Positions 34,325 through 35,505 of a DNA stretch of 35,505 bases are shown piece by piece (within the stretch, counting starts at the first letter, position 1; each line of letters opens with the position of its first letter). The position numbers and the translations under genes are program-made. Origin of the DNA: a virus (lineage: Duplodnaviria; Caudoviricetes). The stretch spans positions 1 to 35,505 of IMG/VR virus record IMGVR_UViG_3300035394_000065, one strand, 5' to 3'. The notes under the pieces were generated by a model. That model was not told the DNA's origin, made no database searches, and saw nothing but the letters and a program-made list of their open reading frames with translations.

Positions 34325-34549
34325 TTAAAATGGGCAATATGTTTTCTTAATTCTCGCTAAAGATTGCCTTAATTTAGTGAGCGAATAAAATTTTGAATTA
34401 ATTATATATCCTATCGACCCCCCTTTTGTTATTTGCTTTAAAATCCTTCCAGTTTTTAAATTTACTAAAAAATTATATTTTTCAATAAATACATAATTCA
34501 TATCAAAATCCAAACAATATTTGCAAGAGAAATTCAAGGAAATGCGCAT
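34325..34549 (-). CDS. hypothetical protein
   Basis: 74 aa ending YCPF; its 5' end lies in the 86-bp duplicated segment. Confidence 0.65.
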   Translation of the reverse strand: MRISLNFSCKYCLDFDMNYVFIEKYNFLVNLKTGRILKQITKGGSIGYIINSKFYSLTKLRQSLARIKKTYCPF

Positions 34550-34587
34550 GATTCAAGTGTATTAAATGTTCTTTTAGCAATTAGTTA
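34502..34587 (-). repeat. 86-bp segment, inverted copy of 12770-12855
   Basis: Begins at the TAAC closing the MT-A70 cassette. Confidence 0.92.
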
Positions 34588-34596
34588 TAAGAAATG

Positions 34597-35274
34597 CTAC
34601 GATACATCTCCGAATAAACTTTTTTGTGGAAAAGAATTATTAAAAATTTTACCTCCTTTTTCTTCTTCAAATTTATCCGTTTCGTTACCCCAAACATCCC
34701 ATCCTTCTGCTCTTGTTCGTGCAAACATTTCTAATCGTGGCATATCTCCGCATAATAAAACTATTTTATCTCTTACTTCATTTGGTTTTTTGCTGTGAAT
34801 ATCAATTTTAGTTTCTACAATAGAATGTATGTTTTTTGCTACTCTTTTAGGGTTTCCCTTAACTCCCAATAAACATAATTCTGCATTGCTTCGTGTCCAA
34901 CCACCCATTCCCCAAAACCAACTATCGGTTTTTTTATTCTTCTTAACCCAAGTAAAAGCAACTGTTTTATATTCAAATCCCCACGCCTCTAATGTTTCAA
35001 TTCCTTGTTTTAGCATATATGGCAATACCCATAAAAAAAGCAAACTGTTTTTATCTGTTATTTCTTTTATAGGCAACTCTTTTATGTCTGTAATACTCAT
35101 TGTTTTATAGTGCCTTGACGGGCTTCTTTTTTTATCAGAAGTTACACCTAAAAAATCTTCATTCAAATTCTGTTTTAAATTCCAATCAGGATAAGTCCAA
35201 GCAGGGTCAGCATAAATAACTGAATACTTTTTGCCACCGCACATTTTTAATAATTCTTTTCTTTCCGTTTCCAT
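34597..35274 (-). CDS. MT-A70 family adenine methyltransferase (cassette cargo)
   Basis: VIYADPAW, HYKTMS, LFLWV, WGFEYKT, TRSNAELCL, HSKKP, LEMFAR, GWDVWGNE; bounded by GTTATAAGAAGTGC / GCATTTCTTATAAC. Confidence 0.9.
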   Translation of the reverse strand: METERKELLKMCGGKKYSVIYADPAWTYPDWNLKQNLNEDFLGVTSDKKRSPSRHYKTMSITDIKELPIKEITDKNSLLFLWVLPYMLKQGIETLEAWGFEYKTVAFTWVKKNKKTDSWFWGMGGWTRSNAELCLLGVKGNPKRVAKNIHSIVETKIDIHSKKPNEVRDKIVLLCGDMPRLEMFARTRAEGWDVWGNETDKFEEEKGGKIFNNSFPQKSLFGDVS

Positions 35275-35305
35275 ATCAAGTTTATCGTTTAATTAACCGC
35301 ACTTC

Positions 35306-35372
35306 TTATAACACCACCTATACGCAAGTTTTGTGAAAAACAAAACCTGACGTATAGCTGTAACCGTTAGGC
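35306..35372 (-). mobile_element. short attC-like site
   Basis: Minus: GCCTAAC-GGTTA-CAGCTATACGTCAGGTTTTGT-TTTTC-ACAAAACTTGCGTATAGGTG-GT-GTTATAA, with one extra T in the left arm. Confidence 0.75.
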
Positions 35373-35411
35373 GATATGGCAGGAAACCCCACCATACCGA
35401 CAAACTTTTGA

Positions 35412-35504
35412 CTAAATACTTTCAATTTCATTTTTAGCCCATTTTTTAAACGCTTCAAACTTTTCTTTTATCAATGCTTTTTTCTCATTTTCAACATTAA
35501 TTTC
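35412..35504 (-). CDS. partial CDS (C-terminus EINVENEKKALIKEKFEAFKKWAKNEIESI), truncated by window end
   Basis: Open frame from the window edge to TAG at 35412, followed by an attC-like site. Confidence 0.6.
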   Translation of the reverse strand, partial: EINVENEKKALIKEKFEAFKKWAKNEIESI

Positions 35505-35505
35505 A

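Noticed and set aside
35400-35505. Circular closure with position 1
   Set aside because: No terminal overlap; a CDS is cut at 35505 and a hairpin site at 1, and joining them does not give the expected module start.
1-35505. Integrase, repressor, tRNA or rRNA genes
   Set aside because: No ORF with tyrosine or serine recombinase motifs, no CI-like peptidase-HTH and no cloverleaf seen; such genes could lie in the missing part.

Overview
Near-complete genome (not closed: the two ends do not join) of an AT-rich tailed phage with an HK97-type head and a long tape measure. The host is almost certainly Bacteroidota/Flavobacteriia, judged from TAnnTTTG -7 promoters and A-rich leaders without Shine-Dalgarno sequences. 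Layout: leftward early genes (1-1.1 kb and 32.9-35.5 kb), a mirror-symmetric iteron-like origin (1264-1577), primase-helicase/SF2 helicase/nuclease replication genes, terS/terL, an inserted accessory block (8966-12855), an inverted portal gene, then protease, capsid, neck, tail, tape measure, tail fibre and a holin/u-spanin-like/endolysin lysis cassette. The most striking structure is a pair of integron-like gene-cassette arrays (9638-12773 on +; 34584-35505 plus 1-129 on -). Each gene module is bounded by its own 14-20 bp inverted repeat (GTTA...TAAC), and modules are separated by attC-like hairpins (TAAC...GTTA). All three DNA methyltransferases of the phage are cassette cargo. No integrase is visible in the window. 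Both arrays lie downstream of copies of one promoter carrying a Fur/PerR-like palindrome, and both end in the same 86-bp sequence starting exactly at TAAC. Other signals: a XerD-box-like motif at structural-gene promoters, a candidate sRNA complementary to the phage's own translation leaders, and a 117-bp intragenic repeat broken by a frameshift. All calls come from reading the sequence by eye; no database searches were run.
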